A stretch of 64,000 nucleotides of DNA from positions 28,042,409-28,106,408 of the forward strand of contig NC_068998.1 of NCBI RefSeq assembly GCF_001194135.2, read 5' to 3'. Shown in pieces: positions 61,521 to 64,000 of the stretch (position 1 is the stretch's first letter; each line of letters begins with the position of its first letter). The translations under genes and the position numbers were made by a program. The notes beneath the pieces are model-generated. The model was not told the origin of the DNA and ran no database searches. It saw nothing but the letters and a program-made list of their open reading frames with translations. The stretch is from Octopus bimaculoides (Eukaryota).

Positions 61521-62593
61521 ACATTATCTATATAAATAAAATTGATTTTCTTGACAGATCAAGTGTTTTTTGCAATGTTAACTTTTATAGCTGATTCACT
61601 TTTACAGCCTTTTACAGTTCAAAGGTCACTTCTGAATTTATTTTGTTTTGTTTAGAGATGTAAACATTTTCAATGTATTTTAGGTATTTTAGGCAGCAAT
61701 TATATATATCTGACTGTTTTTCCTTAAATTATAAAACTGAAGAAAAATTTGTGCATAATTTACATGAGAGCTATTGTTTACTAATAATTACTGTGCACAT
61801 AATATCTCTATATTTGCTTGTTCGTTTGCACATTATACATTAGTTAGTTAGAGAGGTGGAGGTGGAGTGAGAGAGAGAGATGAGTGAAGAAAGAAGAGGA
61901 AGAAGTGAAGAAAGGTGATTAATATTAATACACTTAGGCCAAATGGCCATATGGTCAGCTGAAGGTAGAGGCGAAGAAAGAGAGAAAAAGAGGGAGAGAG
62001 AAGTGTTAACAATGTACAGTGGGGTGGGGAAGGAATACTTATTATGTGGTTAAAAAGTTAGAAGGGAAAGGTAGATAGAGAGAGATGGATAGGGGAGGCA
62101 GTTATATTGAGAGAGAGAAAGATAGATAGTGATGGTGGTGGTGTGTAGATAGTGAAAAGTATCTTTTTATTGAACTAATTTTTTTTTATAGTGACCATCG
62201 CAATTATTTATTGCCTGCTCACTTAAAAAATTGATATTTGTTTATAAGGGTTAATTTAGCCTAAACTCTGGATTCACATGAAACACGGTTGCAGGCAGCC
62301 TGAGAAAAGATGCACAGATATAGAGCATGGAACAGAGTGGAACAGCAAGAAAATATAATAAAAAAAAAAGGAAAAGGACAACACCGACGGAGACGTAAGG
62401 GAATGATGTAGACAAACAGCAAGAATATATAAAGAAAGCTAAACTACGAATGCTATAAAAATGCAAATTATCCTTTCTTTCTTAAATAGGTCCTCTAAAG
62501 TTTTTCCATTCCAAGGAATTTCCAGGAGTCCCACTAATATGAATAAATATAAGTATATCTGCCAGAATGAAAGCAAATAAGAGGAATGTATAC

Positions 62594-62663
62594 CTTCAAA
62601 AATCGAAATCTTTCTTCGTTCCTTTCAAATTCACGAATTTCATTTTGTTGGAGAGCATCTGAA
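62594..62663 (-). CDS. ACO1: ACO1/IRP1 coding exon (70 nt; SDALQQNEIREFERNEERFRFLK); 5'-most exon visible, upstream exons lie beyond the window
   Basis: ttttag acceptor and gtatac donor; aligns to the aconitase/IRP1 segment ADSLQKNQDLEFERNRERFEFLK; splices in frame to the next exon. Confidence 0.93.
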
Positions 62664-63429
62664 CTAAAACACAAATAAAATAAAATTGTAAGTTAAATAC
62701 TTATCTATTAGATAAAATTAATAAAGGAATTTTATCATCAATGAAAAATCTGTCTCTGGGACTAAATTCTAAAAAAATACAATAAAAATATCAAAATAGA
62801 TAAATAAATATATAAATAAACAGAAGTATCTAGGGTGAAAAACAAACTACATAAGATAAGCAGAGTTAGATCTGGATGTTTTCTCTTGGAGATACATTTT
62901 CTTTTGAAAACTATTTTAATGTCCATGTTTCAGTGTTATGGCTTGCTGGGTCTGCAAAATCAAAAAAGGTGCTTTTTACAGCTAAAAATTCTTGATAATG
63001 CCAACCTCTCATTGAAATGGGTCTGCTTTGTATTCTCCAGCTCTGTATATTGAAATAAATATTAGTGCTATATAAAACTGAATAAATTATAAGCATAACA
63101 TTATAACTTGCCCAGTTTAAGAACATCCTATATCTTGATGTTGGACATGGGAAATAATTTTAACCTAATTATAACTACTTTGCTACTAAGTGATGGTAAG
63201 CCCAATCTAGATGCCAAGCAACAACAATTCCCCCCCACTTTACTAATGGCTCTTAGCTTCTATTTTAAAAGCAATGATTCAACAGATGAGATTCCTGTTA
63301 AATATAGGGAATTCAGAGAAGAACACATCACTGACAGATACAATCAAAGGCCTATGGTTATAAGTAAAAGGATCTCTAAGGCTAAACATTATTAAAAGGG
63401 CTACACCAATTAATTAGCAGATGATCAAT

Positions 63430-63592
63430 ATTGTTATGTTGGTGTGTTTATGTCCTCATAACTCAGTGGTTCAGCAAAAGAGGGCAATAAAATAAGTACT
63501 AGGTTTACAAAGAATAAGTCCTGGAGTTGATTTCTTCAACTAAAACCCAGCATGGCCACAGTCAAATGGCTGAAACGTGTAAAAGAAAAAAA
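63430..63592 (+). mobile_element. 3' part of a 27301-family SINE
   Basis: gttggtgtgtttatgtcc...cagcatggccacagtcaaatggctgaaac. Confidence 0.75.
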
Positions 63593-64000
63593 AAATATAT
63601 ATATATATATTTATCAAGAACGACATTCTCAGAATAGTATTTTTGGTTTGGGATATTGTAGCTGGAAGTAATCTTTATAAGTAAGTTTGAAAATTCCAAC
63701 TCAAACACAACAGGATATGACTGCATGTCAACAGTGATCAGTTTTTGAATCAAATAATATGTATCATTGATGATCATTGATGTCCTATATCTTTTTTTCC
63801 TTTCTTGTATTTCAGTTAAAGTAGTTTGTGTTTTGGCAAGAGGCATATCTGTTACTGATGAATATCCAGCATCTGTGGTTTTCCTCTTCATTTTACCAAT
63901 TTCTTTTGACAATTCATCAGTATGGAACATTTTTAAGATGATTAGATGTTGTGAAAGTTTTAGCTTTTTATCCTCCTGTATAATATTGCAGAAAGTGAAC

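Noticed and set aside
24255-62593. U12-type or non-canonical introns in ACO1
   Set aside because: All 17 introns are GT-AG and none has the GTATCCT U12 donor.

Overview
AT-rich, repeat-dense animal genomic DNA. The repeat landscape resembles an octopod/coleoid cephalopod, but that is inference. The only well-supported protein-coding gene is cytosolic aconitase / iron regulatory protein 1 (ACO1/IRP1) on the minus strand: 18 GT-AG coding exons from 62663 down to the TGA at 24144, forming an uninterrupted frame of 753 aa. The first ~135 codons lie beyond the right edge of the window. Introns and intergenic DNA hold RTE, CR1/L2-like and R4/Dong LINE fragments, several tRNA-derived SINE families, mariner/Tc1-maT relics, a Helitron derivative, decayed Gypsy pol and Penelope-like (PLE) fragments. 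The most striking unexplained structure is a short non-autonomous element made of a tRNA-derived Pol III head, a (TAA)n tract and a minimal type-I hammerhead ribozyme. It is inserted as a head-to-head inverted dimer with variable target-site duplications (13 bp and 10 bp) and a one-sided 32-37 nt tail, which is Penelope-like architecture. Three copies are present. Two unrelated sequence families show the same head-to-head hammerhead-like layout (14880-17200 and 51154-51269). A CpG-retaining putative promoter region at about 10.7-14 kb has splice-signal-flanked segments but no convincing ORF.
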